A stretch of 63,996 bases of DNA, counting the filler, from Porpidia crustulata (Eukaryota), in assembly GCA_964255105.1 (NCBI GenBank). It is 5 parts of 5 records of this genome, joined end to end, with 100 filler letters (N's around TTAATTAATTAA, not from the genome) between each part and the next. Parts side by side here need not be neighbours in the genome. Positions count along the whole stretch, not along the records: positions 38,505 to 51,215 come from CAXUWE010000496.1; positions 51,316 to 63,996 come from CAXUWE010000498.1; 3 more parts are not named here. The stretch is one strand, 5' to 3'. Numbering within the stretch: position 1 is the first letter of the stretch; each line of letters starts with the position of its first letter. Made by a program: the position numbers and the translations under genes. The notes below the pieces were generated by a model that worked only from the letters and a program-made list of their open reading frames with translations, made no database searches and was not told where the DNA came from. Below, in pieces: positions 47,727 to 60,500 of the stretch.

Positions 47727-48378
47727 GAATTCAGAAATTGAAGAATTGGGAAGGTATGAAAATGGACGGCGCAGACTTCGAGGTGGGATTGAAGCTGCAA
47801 GAAAGCTTCGCGATGATTTGAATGTGATAAGTTATGAATTGGAGACCTATGATGAAAGTGCTAGGAGATTGTCTGGGGATAAGACGAATTCGTATCTTGA
47901 TTACTGGGGGAGGGAGTCATTGCGGAGAGCGCGAATTGAGTCATCTGTGCTCCGCCACTGAACCAAAATAAGTTTTCTATACTTTGTGGACTTTTTATGA
48001 AACAAGCAACTGATGAGAGAAATTAATCCAAAGGGGAGTCTACATCGAAAATCCCATGCTAGGATGGATGAAGATGCTCAAGTTCCTACCTATACTGACG
48101 GTGGTGGAATGGGTGATGGGCTATAGTCTTTTCGTGGTTAGAAGCTCAACGGAACAACTAGGCTCAAACTAGTGAAGATAACCCTAACCCTAGGCCTGCT
48201 GTTCCGTTGAGGGTGAATGTGAGTAGCTTTCTCAGCCTTATGGATTGTCGACATCGCCTGCTCCCAATTACCTTCACTGTAATTCTTACAAATATCAGAA
48301 TCCTCCAATTTCCGAACATTTTCGATCGTTCTTCGCTGAGATATCTTGATACAAAATCTTTCTGTACTTGAAATCGTG

Positions 48379-51146
48379 ATGTCTAATCGATACGGAGACG
48401 ATCCTTCGGGCTCATATGATAATCACAGGCCCTCCAGGCCATTGCCAGTCCAACGTGAGCGCAACGGCAGGATGTACGAAGATAGGCGTTCTGGATCGAG
48501 CTCGCAAGGCCAATACCGCCGGAGTTCTTCTCCGCCAAAACGATATGCTTCTCCGCATGGTAAACCTTGATGAGGACTTTCACATCCGTTAGCCTTGGCG
48601 TCTGCTAACTATGGCTTGGAGAAGACCGTCACAGAACTTCTCACGGTGCATATGGTACCGGTAGTAACGGATCTCCTGAGAATAGAAACTGGAACAGCAG
48701 AGCTAGAGACGACGGACCTAGAAACTACGAGCATGAACGACGCGGACGATCCCCTTCACTAAGAGGGCTGTCAAGAAAGGAATATCGAGATAGAGATCGT
48801 GGGGAATACAGATCGCCCGGCTATGACAGTCGAAGTAGAAGCCACAGTCCGCAACGAGATCGGTCACCCTATTACGGTGGACCACCAAGCAGAGAAGTGA
48901 TTCTGGAAGGGATACCACTTGAAATGGTTGAAGAAGACGTTCGCCGCCTCCATCCCACCCACTTTACCTTCGATATCATTTAGTCCCAATCTCAACACGA
49001 GCCTAAGTGTCTTTGAAGTAAATTTTCGAACTCTAGCTAAGGTAGTGCACATATACGGTCTTGCAGATCTCGAAGGAACTGAAGCAGTATCACAACGTTG
49101 AGAAGCTGGATGATGTGCGCGTCATACGAGATCGCCAGACCAGTACGGCAAGCTCTATCCCAACAGAGGGAAAATACTAATGGCGATCAGAGGTATCTCG
49201 AGGCTTCGGGTTTCTAAGATTCCCAGATCTAGACAAATCCAGGGCATTTGTGGAGCGCAATTTTCCAATGATCTATCTTTATGGCCCTGGTTCAGCAGAT
49301 GGTGACAATGAAGCAGCCAAAGTACGGGTTGCGTTCAGCCGCGAAAGAGACGATCGAAGCCGTGGCGACAAAGCCGAAGGTGAATGGACGTGCAAGATTG
49401 TAGGCGAGGGCTTTCTCTAGCAAAGTTGGCTTCTCTAACGCATCAACAGTGTACGTTTGTCAACTTTCCTGGCCGTACCAGATGCTTCCGGTGTCAGACA
49501 CCACAAATTGGTAAGTCTTACTTTGGACGTCTGGAAGGAGTTGCTAACGGCAGTAGATATGACTACATTTGGCGCCCCCCCAGCTAAACCTACGAGTCAT
49601 ATGAACAGTGGTGATAGCGATGTATCACCTAATAGTGCACCGTCCCAATTCTTGTTAATTCGAGGCCTTGAACCGACGGTGACTGAAGATCTTCTTGCGA
49701 AAGGGGTTACCAAGCTCTACAAACCTAGTCGAGGATCATCACCGCCAGCTACTGCATCATCTAAGAAAGGCAATGCCAAGGTCTCCTCTACCACAGGTGA
49801 CGCAAACCTTGGAGCTAAGGAAGGTAGCCTTCGAAGGGTCCTGCTTGTTCGAGACCGGCGTAGCAACGAAAGCTGGCGTTATGGTTTCGCTGAATTTGGC
49901 ACTGTCGATGTGAGTAGCTGCCTAGAAGACTTCCTCGTCGCCGCTAAAGCCTTCTTTCAGGATGCGCAAGCCGCGCTGACTCGATTCAACTCGTTTGAGA
50001 AATTCACCATCTCCTCGAAGCCGGTCACTGCTGACTATGTCCATGCGGGTGTATTTGTTCCTGTGTTTCATGTCCAAGTGGGAAAGGAGCATTTTACGTT
50101 TAGCCCACTCGTCAATTCAGCAACTAAGCTTGCGTATTGGGACGAGGAAGCATGGGTTAGTGAATTGGTTGTCTCGTCTGTCACGTCAGAGAAGAAACCC
50201 TACGCGAGCGACAATCAAGCCAAAAGTGCGACGGATCGAGCAGCTGCAGCAGCTGAGAACGAAGGCCTTCTTGCGCCTGGTAAGGACGCAGAGATCAAAG
50301 CCAAGAAGCGCAAAGCAGAAGCAAGTGCAGCAGCTAAGCAGAAGAAGGCAAGCCTGCCTTGACTTCTTTTAGAACTCCTTCTTACTATTACAGACCGCGC
50401 CTGCCCATCTGCAATTTTGGAGTAATCGCCACGCTGAGCTTCATGGAGTCAAATCCGATGCTTCAGCAGAGAGCAAGACAGATCCCAACACCGACCCTGA
50501 ACTCAGTAAGAACCTGAAATCGAAAGTCCCTACCGATCATGCCCCGCCAAGCCAAACATTCGCGGACCCCGAAAAGAAATGTTGTTACCTCTGTTCCCGC
50601 CAGTTCAAGTCCGACGCAGAACTCAATAAACACGAGCGTCTTAGCCAACTTCATCGCGATAATCTCCAGAACAATGACCTGATCTCAAAAGCGCAAGCCA
50701 AAATGTCAAAAGCCGGTCTCAGCTCCATCCCTTCCAAAGACAACGCACCCGATGAATACCGCGACCGTGCAAAAGAACGTCGTGCCGCCTTCGGCGCCTC
50801 CTCCAAAAAAACAAACCTACCCCTCAAGCAACGCCCAACCACCGCCGCATCCACAGAACCCAACGACGACGACGAAGCAAACGACCAACCCCCTCCGCCC
50901 TCCAAAGGCGCCTCCCTGCTCGGCAAAATGGGCTGGTCCGCCGGCGAAGGCCTCGGCGCCCAGGGAACCGGCGTAACGGCACCGATCGCGACGGATATGT
51001 ACGTGCAGGGTGTGGGACTCGGGGCGACGGGTGGCAAGATTGGGAGCGCGGAGGAGGAGGCGGAGAGGAATACGAAGGGTGGGTATGCGGGGTTTGCGGA
51101 GAGGACGAGGGATAAGGCCAAGGAGAGGTTTGAGCGGATGGGGTAG
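48379..51146 (+). CDS. RBM5/RBM10-like splicing regulator (RRM, RanBP2 zinc finger, RRM, C2H2 zinc finger, G-patch), multi-exon
   Basis: VRVIRDRQT-SRGFGFL; WTCKI-CTFVNFPGRTRCFRC; FLLIRGLEP...SWRYGFAEF; CYLCSRQF...HERLSQLHRDN; YRDRAKERR; G-patch KGASLLGKMGWSAGEGLG. Confidence 0.92.
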
Positions 51147-51215
51147 AGGGGGTTTTCATGGCTGGTGTAAAATTACTCCAGTTGATTGGATTGGTTTGAG
51201 ACATGCAGACCCGTA

Positions 51216-51315
51216 NNNNNNNNNNNNNNNNNNNNNNNNNNNNNNNNNNNNNNNNNNNNTTAATTAATTAANNNNNNNNNNNNNNNNNNNNNNNNNNNNN
51301 NNNNNNNNNNNNNNN
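51216..51315. other. Artificial contig-joining spacer
   Basis: N44-TTAATTAATTAA-N44. Confidence 0.98.
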
Positions 51316-54300
51316 GTAGGCGGGAGCTTGGTTGTGGAAGCCTGTGAGTACGGTGGAGGCGGGTTTGACGGACGAGTAGACGGAGTGGATGTCGTCCATT
51401 TCGTATCCAGTGTCATAGCCATCTTGATACACCTTTTCTGTACTACCACCTCTTCGTCCGGGAAGGCCGTTGGCAGCGGCGTAGTCATCCCACCGTTGAA
51501 GGGGAACGCTACGGGGATTGAAGCCATCGTCTTCAAGGGCAATGATTTTCTTCTCTCCTTTTTCGCCAATGACAATACGGGTATTTCCCCAAGAGAAGTT
51601 GTCTTGATTCCAGAATGAGTAGACTGGAAGGACAAAAGAGTAGATGGGAAAGGCGAGGATATAGATGATCATCCAGCCCACGTGTTGCCATTGGCGTTTG
51701 ATGATAAATATCAGGGCTTGAAGACCATAGACGGCAGCCAGCATGACGATTGAAATAAGCGGAAACTGACCAGAGTGTGTGGCAACGCGGTAGATTAGGT
51801 AGCCAAGGTACCCACAGGTTGCTGGAAGGATGATGGTTCCGAAGAGATCAATAAAGACCACGAAACGCATACTGAAGCAACAGAATCCACATAGATCCTT
51901 CAACCATACCAATTCGGCCAGGTTATGAATCGTGGAATTGATCCATCGTCGTCTCTGTGATAGTAAAACACTCCAGGTCTCCGGTGCTGCCGTCATAGCG
52001 TAAGCGTCGGGAATGAATTTATAAGACATGAACGGAAAGTGTTTGGTCATTAGTGTGGTAAGATATCTATCTTCGCCAAGCGAGAGAAGATTCTTCTTGT
52101 GTAGAGTATCCACGTCGCAGTCGCTATATTCGCCAATGACCTTGTCTGAGATGATCAGAGGTCGACCTCTGTCAGCTGTCCGGAGTCGGTACATGCAGAA
52201 ACTGGCTGTGTTAGTACATGGCGAGGAATAAGAATTGAAACTTACCATCCAGGTAAACAAGTGACAGAACCAAATAAAGATTCAAAGGACTTTGCGAGGT
52301 GATGGGAAATGAAGTATTCATAGACCTGAATCATTGTCCACCAACTTCGATCTTCATTCTCCAAGCTTGTTTCACCACAGATACCAGCAATCTTGGCATC
52401 ATTGGCGCAGCTTGCAACGAGACGGTTCAAGGAGTCTTCTCTGACGCTTGTATCTGCATCCACCATCAACAAATATTCGTACAACTCGGGATCTACTCCA
52501 ATAATGTTGTTGATCTGGTGGAACATCTCAAGCTCAAGCGGTGACATGGGCGAACGATGATGAACACGATTCAGGAAGCTGAGTAGCAAAATCTGAGAGT
52601 CTCGCTTTCCACGATTACCGGGTTTTGACTTGGTCTGTTCCGATTCTTTACCGACCTTGACCACCACAATATAAGGGACCACGTTCCCTTCGAATTCGTA
52701 GAGCCCAGAATACACTTTGCCGTAGTTGAGTTGTTCGTTACCTTGACCGATTGCCCTAAAGGGTAGTGCAGGTGGATCAATCTTTGGATCAACGCCTAGA
52801 ATATCGAGTACAATCTTCGGTGTAGGTCTATCATTCCCACCTCCAACAATCATCCCGTCGCACATGACACATATTAGCTTCCTCTTGTTATCATACTGAA
52901 GAGCAGTAAGGGAGTCGAGAGCCTTCCGTAGCTGGTCTTCACCTTCTGTGTAGGCGGGCACCTGACAGATGACAAACTTATCTTGAGCTGCTGGTCGTCT
53001 TTTCGAGCCTAGTTGAAGCGCAGCCAAGAATTTTGTGAGGATAACAGTACAGAGGATGATTGTGAATGCCAGGAGTATGTAATTGTTTACCTGGCACTTT
53101 GCAGATTTCCTGAAATCAACTTTCCCTACAGCAAATCTGTTCTGCATACAGTTCAAACTTTTGGAGTAGTTCGCGTCATTTGTCTTCCATAAGGAAGTGA
53201 TGTCGTTTCCTTGATTCGCTTGGATTAGACTTGAAACTTCTTCCGGAAAGAACTTGTAATCCGGAAAATTATTCTGACGTTGCAGGGTGTGAAAGTAGTC
53301 TGTAAGGTCGTAGATATTTCCGTCGAGAATGACCCAATTCCGACCCTGGTTCTGACCTTGGGACGTGACCGAAGACCTTTCAGTCACAAGATCTCCAATT
53401 AGATACCCCTCGAGCTTTTTGAGAAGTCTCTCATCGTACCAATGGTCGTCATGCAACGCCGTCCGCTGGTCTGGTTGAAGTGGACCGGAAGTATGTAAAC
53501 CCTCGGGGTGAGTTATCGAGGTGTTTGGCTCTAGGGTTATTGATTTAACTGTGGTGAGGTACTGGCAAGCAGTGAACAACGGCGGTTGAAAATATTCATC
53601 GAGATTCATCCCGGCGAAAGGCATCATCATGGCTGCTGTGACTTGAGGTGTGGTATCGCTATGCGCGGTTTTATAGAAATGCGTAAAGTCGTAGACTTTG
53701 CCGTGAATGCTGGCGTAGTAATCGTTCTCACCCTGATGATAACTGACTTCCTTTTCATTCCATGCCTTGTCAAAGTTTGGGCAGAGGAGTTTGCCAAATT
53801 CCACAATGTAAAAGATTACGGTTGCGTTGATCAAGAAAATCATGAGGACAAGCACTAGCTTCTCTCTCCAAGCCATTCGTACATCAGGTCTCTTCATACG
53901 ACCAACGTATCGGAGTACGAATGAGGGAATCCAGAATGTCAAAGCCCAGACGAAGCCAACCCATATTCGACGAGAAGTGCCTGTCTTTTCGGTTTCGACA
54001 GATTTCGGCTCTCCTAGTTCTGGGTCCATCTCACTAGTGAATTGACCGATATCGTCGTCGTAGTATGTCTTGCCTTTGGTATCATCTCCCTTTGCGCCAA
54101 GTCCATAGTCGCCGGCTCTGGTGTTTACTGTACGTGCTAGTGTAGGTGCAATGGAACGAGCACCACCTATTGCGCTCTTCGCCATAGGAGCAGAATTTTG
54201 CTGGCTTTGTAAAGGATTGTCCTGGTTCCCGTAGTCCCCATTTGGAGGGAAAAACCCACTAGCATTAGGATTGGGTGTGGTTGAATAACCAGACATGTGT

Positions 54301-56255
54301 CCACCACCTAGCATGCCAAACCCAGACTCTCCATAACCGGAATTTTCAAGGGGTTTGAGATCTAGCATACTTTCCGCCTCCCACCACGCACCTTCTCGAA
54401 TCCAGACACGCTCGTGCCCAATGACAACCTCACCATTACTCCAGCCTCGTTCGAGAATCCAACTCTCGACTCCGTCTCTACCCTCGTGACAGCCAAGTCG
54501 ACGATACCGTGTACAGAATTCATCAATGTCAAAATCAGCGGTGAAGTCTAAATTCTTATTTCGTCGGTTGGACCACTCAGGAAGCCTCCAAGCTCGAAGC
54601 TGTCTTGAAACAGTACCTGCGGACCAAGCAGATGTTGTGGATGCAAGAGAGGCAAGACCACCAGGTGAGTCGTCCGTTGGATGTAGAGCTAGCTGATACC
54701 AGACTCTACTACGGCCAAGAACATCCGGAAGGTCCAGACGCGCACGCTTGACCCCTTTCACACCTTCATCGTCGACAGGATATAAAATTTTCTTGAGGAA
54801 ACCGCCAATTTCAGCCTCCGCACCAACTCTCTCCAAAACATCTTCTTGTTTTTGTAGCTCATGTTCTCGATCTCTGCTGGATGGACCACCGGTAATTCCC
54901 AAATGTAATGCGACATCCAAAACAGCGTTGTTCATCTCCTTGGCTACCGAAGTGCCTACCACGCCCACCTCTACCCCATCCTCTTTCATTTCGGCATTGA
55001 TGCCTAGGTTGTCATCGAAGACGCCACGAAGCGCAACTGCTTTGCCCAGATCTTGCCCAGGTATTTCTACTACGGTGATACGGACAGTGTCGCCGCTGTC
55101 TTCGTCTGTTTTTGGCGTCCTCGTCCCCTGTCCACCGCTTCCACTCTCACTAGAATCTTCATCGTCCTTGATGCTTTGTAACTCTGCAGCAATGGTCTCA
55201 TTTGCCTTTAAAAGAACCCAATCGATCAAGGCTTCGTAGATGCCTGTAATGAGTATCTCACGTTCATCGGTGCCGCATCCTCGTACAAGAACCTCGGGGT
55301 CGATACCCAAGAGTCCACCGACATCCTCGCAAACATTTTCGAGCACATCTTCATCCACCAAGAACCCAGTGGTTTCTCCAAGTTTCAGTAAACCTGCAAG
55401 AGTCGACAGGAGATTTCTATGCGCGGAACCCTTGATTCCGATTTGTTTCAGCGATGATCGAAAGTCCTCCGCGGATGCTGTGTCATCCGCTGTAGGTAGG
55501 TATGAGGGTGGTTCATATGTACCCGATCTATTGAGAAGAGTGTACGCTGAGGGGTGTTTCAAGCCGAGGAATTCTCTTTCTGCAGGAGTAGAAGCAGATG
55601 TAAGCAGGTAATAGAATACATCGAAAGCTCGATAACCGGCCTCTGATGGGATATTGAGAAGGCCGCTGTTTGTGTCGATGCCAGAAGAAGATATTGCAAG
55701 GGAAGCAGCGGTTAGATTTCCGTTCAGCGTAAGATCAAATCTCGCAGCAAGTGCAACATGTTTGGCTGCGGCCGGGTTATATGGCGTCACACAGCTGATG
55801 AATGGCCTTAATGCAGAGAGGGCGGTATAAAGTGACGGGGGGATCGAAAGTGGCAAGGTAGAGATAAAAGGCAATAAGAGTGACGGAGTTGACGGGTGTA
55901 AAGATCTGTAGGCATTTAGCATATAGTGAATAGCTCTGAGGAAAAGACATTACCCTAAAACCACGCAACCATCTTCTGCTCTCCGTCGTGCGTGTTCCCA
56001 GGCTTGTCTCGCCAATTCGATATCGATCGTTCCTCCAGGACGACCCTCAATATCGGCATGTGCCGCAGTAAGCCATGTGTTTACCACGAGACTTGTACTT
56101 GCATCTAGGCGATATGGTTGGGCAGAAGTGTAAATGGTGTGTAAGGCATTCAGCAGGGTGGTAGTCGAGACTTGCTGCGAATGTTGTGCTGCAGAGCGGA
56201 CCGCCGTTGGGGTGGAAGAGCCTGAGATGGTCGAATAACGATTGGATTGATCCAT
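51316..56255 (-). CDS. csmB: Class VII chitin synthase with short myosin-motor-like domain (CsmB type); 3' end truncated
   Basis: [17 protein letters not shown]-terminus with no P-loop, cytochrome-b5-like region, [36 protein letters not shown]; introns at about 55893-55954 and 52204-52245. Confidence 0.95.
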
Positions 56256-56706
56256 TGCGGGCTGCAGTCGTTGAATTAGAAGGAAAAGCTGATTCTTAAC
56301 TCAATGGCCTTTAGCTCGGTCTCATCTATCCTCCTCCGCTGTCAAGCTGTCGGAAAGCTCATCGAAAAATCCTCAATGTCAGATGAGGCGTGGAATCGAT
56401 GATGGTTTGGCTGTCTCTCCTGACCAACAATGCCGGCTTTCAATCAAGTAGCACAAACGATAGTGAGGCCGTATGAGTTTCAAACGAGTGTAACGAGGCC
56501 TATGGTGGTCTAAGGCTTCGCTTCAAGAGAAGGAGAAGCAGTCAAACGATTGTGTGGTGCAGTATGTATTACTGCGGTTCTCTCGGCGACGACGACCAAT
56601 TATTCATTCTTTACACGCTAACGGGTACATAGAGAAGATCGCCACAGGGACTCCGCCGAAGTTGGACCAGGCGTGCTACTCTAACTAGAACAGCTCAACG
56701 TTGCGC

Positions 56707-56716
56707 CTATTTTTAG
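56707..56716. promoter_or_regulatory. Candidate Rlm1/RlmA (MEF2-type MADS) binding site in the csmB-csmA shared promoter
   Basis: CTATTTTTAG is an exact match to CTA(A/T)4TAG, located between two divergent cell-wall genes. Confidence 0.55.
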
Positions 56717-57560
56717 AGGTTCGTATTGAAACCCTCACAATTCCTGATCAGGTCGGATATCCACCTGAACATCGGGTCAATCCTAGTATACTGAGCAGTG
56801 ATTCCGAAGAAACGTAACCACGGGTATATTGTACCCGATGTACCATTAGAGGCTCCCCCGACTGTCTCTTGTGTTTACGTGGCCACCCTGCATGAAGCGG
56901 TCGATTGACTGCACGCTAGCTAGTCTTTCTTTTCTTTGGCTGACGGGATCCCGACAAAAACACAGATGTAAACACACAAATGGTAGTAAGGACAATGCTC
57001 TCGAAGAAATCAAATACTCTTCAATTGATATGTACTTTGAGTGATAATGCTAGATATACAAATGCTCAGACTTAGAAATTAATATCCTAAGATATTGAGA
57101 GACTTTATTGCCAAAAATACCCTCCATCTGCTCGGGCTGCCCCTACCATTTGGCGGCGACTTTTTGGCCGAGCCCCCCGACTGGCCCTCACGCCCTGTAC
57201 TAACAAAATCCTTTCCTTGTATTACTGCTTGTGGCATCAACGAACATCAAAGCATCCTTTCTTACCATTTCTCTGTATTTTCTTACTTTCGCTTTATTTG
57301 CTGACCCTTCGACGCTCGCTAAGCTATTAGGACAAGGAGAATCGACGTGCATCAGACATCCAGCAGACTTTCGTCAGCCTTGACCCTGCACCCACTTTGC
57401 CGGTTGAAAGGGACTTCCTTGCGCAGCTTCCTCCAGAAAGAACGACAGATCCGATCAGACGTCCCAGATGTCCCGATAGACAACAGGTCGTTGGCCTCGT
57501 ATCTATCACTCACTCCTTTCGCCCTGTACCGAGCACTCCCCGAAGGACTGACCCGGGAAG

Positions 57561-60500
57561 ATGGCAAATCATTCGTTGACTGGGACCCTTCCCTCACATT
57601 CGCAGCCTTCGCTTCCTGCCCTACCGGCCCATCTGCAATCAGATACCCATCTAACAGCACATCTCGCAAGTCGTTTTCACGTTTCCCTCACCGTGTCGAA
57701 ACTGTCCTCCCAGGCTCTGATCTCGTTGAATACATATGCCTCGTCTACCAAGGGGCCGGATGGGGGAAAGGCAGGGAGCGCGATGGGAGAGGCCGAAGAC
57801 TTGGCTGGAAGAGCATGGGCAAGATTAGGTGGACGAGGAGAGAATCAGACCGTGGTCTTCCTGGGCGAGTCTGGCTCTGGCAAAACCACAATACGGTCTC
57901 ACCTACTATCCTCGATCCTTTCCTTTTCTTCGACGCCATTGTCAACAAAGCTTTCGCTAGCCGCCTTCGTCTTTGATACCCTTACCACGACCAAGTCTCT
58001 TACCACGCCGACAGCCTCAAAAGCTGGTCTCTTTTTCGAATTACAATACGACGCATCGTCAACGATGAACCCTACTCTCATCGGGGGAAAATTGCTCGAC
58101 CATCGGTTAGAGCGAAGTAGAATAGCGTCAGTACCTACGGGGGAGCGGAGTTTTCACGTATTGTATTACCTCTTAGCTGGAACCAGCCCTGCCGAAAAGA
58201 CTCACCTTGGTTTGGATTCTTCTGGAGTTGTTTCCGAGGGCGGCGCATCGGCAGGTAACAGAACATCTGGGACTATTGGGCATAAAAGATGGCGGTACCT
58301 TGGGCATCCCACACAGCTCAAGGTTGGCATCAACGATGCCGAGGGATTCCAACATTTCAAGACTGCTTTGCGAAAGCTTGAATTTCCAAGAACTGACATT
58401 GCCGAGATCTGTCAAATTCTTGCAAGCATACTACATATTGGACAATTGGAATTTACTTCGGCTCAATCGACTCTTCCCGCCGCGGATGATAGCGGAGGAT
58501 ATTCTCATGAGGGTGGCGAGACGGTAACCACAGTAAGGAACAAGGAAGTCCTCGCTATTGTTGCGGCCTTTCTTGGTCTAAGTACACAAGATCTTGATAC
58601 GAGTCTGGGGTACAAGACCAAGACCATCCACCGCGAGAGAGTCACGGTAATGTTGGATCCGAAAGGTGCTCGCGAGAATGCAGATGAACTTGCGAGGACG
58701 CTGTACTCACTATTAGTGGCATATGTGATTGAGCAAATGAATCAAAGGACTTGTGCATTGGAGGAATCCGTCGCAAATACAATGTCAATCATCGATTTCC
58801 CCGGCTTTGCGCAATCGGCCTCTACAGGGTCAACTCTCGACCAATTGCTCAATAATGCTGCTACTGAGTCGCTATACAACTTTTGTCTGCAGAGCTTCTT
58901 CGAGCGCAAGGCTGATCTGTTGGAGAGTGAGGACGTTACTGTACCTGCAACGAGCTACTTTGACAATGGAGACGCCGTCCGAGGTTTACTCAAGCATGGC
59001 AACGGGCTCTTGAGTATTCTCAACGATCAGACTCGACGCGGCAAAACAGACATGCAACTGTTGGAGACGTTACGAAAGCGGTTCGAATCGAAGAATCCTG
59101 CAATTGTAGTCGGTAGCGCCACAGCCAAGATGCCGGGTAGTAATTTCATGACCACCAATCCCGCTGCCTCCTTCACCGTGAGGCATTTCGCCGGCGAGGT
59201 TGAGTATCCTGTCAACGGTCTTGTCGAGGAGAATGGCGAGATCATTCCAGGCGATATGATGAACCTCATTAATTCTACCAAGAGCGATTTTGTTCGTGAA
59301 TTATTCGGTCAAGAGGCACTCCACACTGTTATGCATCCCAACGAACGCAGCGCAATTATGCAAGCTCAAGTCAGCTCCAAGCCTCTTAGAATGCCAAGTA
59401 TGGCACGGAGAAAGGGTGGGCGACCAGCGGGACTCGCTGCACGGCATAACACCGCACAGTCTGGGGAAGACCCTGACGACGACAGCCAAAGTGGTCGTAA
59501 AGGATTGACGGAAAGACGAAAAGCTAATGGTCGAGTGCTTGGACCTGATCAAGGGGCCTCGGGTCAATTTCTCTCATCGCTTGATAATATCACCAAATCC
59601 ATCACATCTGCAAATACCAACCCTTATTTTGTTTTCTGTCTCAAGCCAAATGACAGGCGTATCGCCAACCAATTCGACAGCAAATGCGTTCGAACACAAA
59701 TCCAGACCTTTGGTATTGCCGAAATCAGTCAACGACTGCGAAACGCCGACTTCAGTCTCTTTCTCCCTTTTGGAGAGTTCCTCGGTCTTACGGACGCTCA
59801 GAATATTATTATAGGAAGTGAGAAGGAAAAAGCCGAGACTTTTCTGAATGAGAAAAGATGGCCGGGGAATGAAGCACGTGTGGGTAGTACTGGAGTCTTT
59901 CTCAGCGAGAGATGTTGGGCCACTATTGCCAAGACTAGTGAGAAACCACTACCGGGAGGTCGTTATTTCGATACAGACGTAGATTATGAGGATGGAAGAC
60001 TAACTCCGAATGATGGTCACGGACGAGACATGAGTGATTCCAAGGTCAATCTTATTAACGGAAACTCTCCGGGTGCTTATATCTACGGGGATGATACCAA
60101 GCAAGGTGGCTATTTTGCTGGTCGAGAACTTGATGGCCGTTCAGAAGCAGGTGCCTCCGCCTTTAATTCTGGTGATATGTTTCGCAATCATGAAACAAGA
60201 GAGCAGATGGCTGAAAAGGGCAATACAAAGAAGATGGTGGAGGTCGATGATGTTGTTACTTCCGGCCAACGAAAGCGATGGCTCTTCCTAGTCTGGGCCT
60301 TGACCTTCTATATCCCCAACTTTCTCATCAGCTGGGTAGGTCGAATGAAGCGCCGAGACATAAGACTTGCATGGCGAGAAAAGCTTGCTATTAATCTTAT
60401 GATTTGGTTTAGTTGCTTGTTCGTCTGCTTCTTCATCATCGAATTCCCTCAACTCATTTGTCCAACTCAACATGTCTACTCCGCAGCAGAACTTAGTTCT

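Noticed and set aside
48100..48300. Telomerase RNA gene suggested by the TAACCCTAAC template-like motif
   Set aside because: The intergenic space is only about 650 nt, whereas filamentous-ascomycete telomerase RNAs are much longer; no pseudoknot or CR4/5-like element recognised.
43596..51146. tRNA + KU80 + MJ1316 + RBM5-like as a nucleic-acid repair system
   Set aside because: Eukaryotic neighbours in mixed orientation with no evidence of co-regulation; each has an independent explanation.
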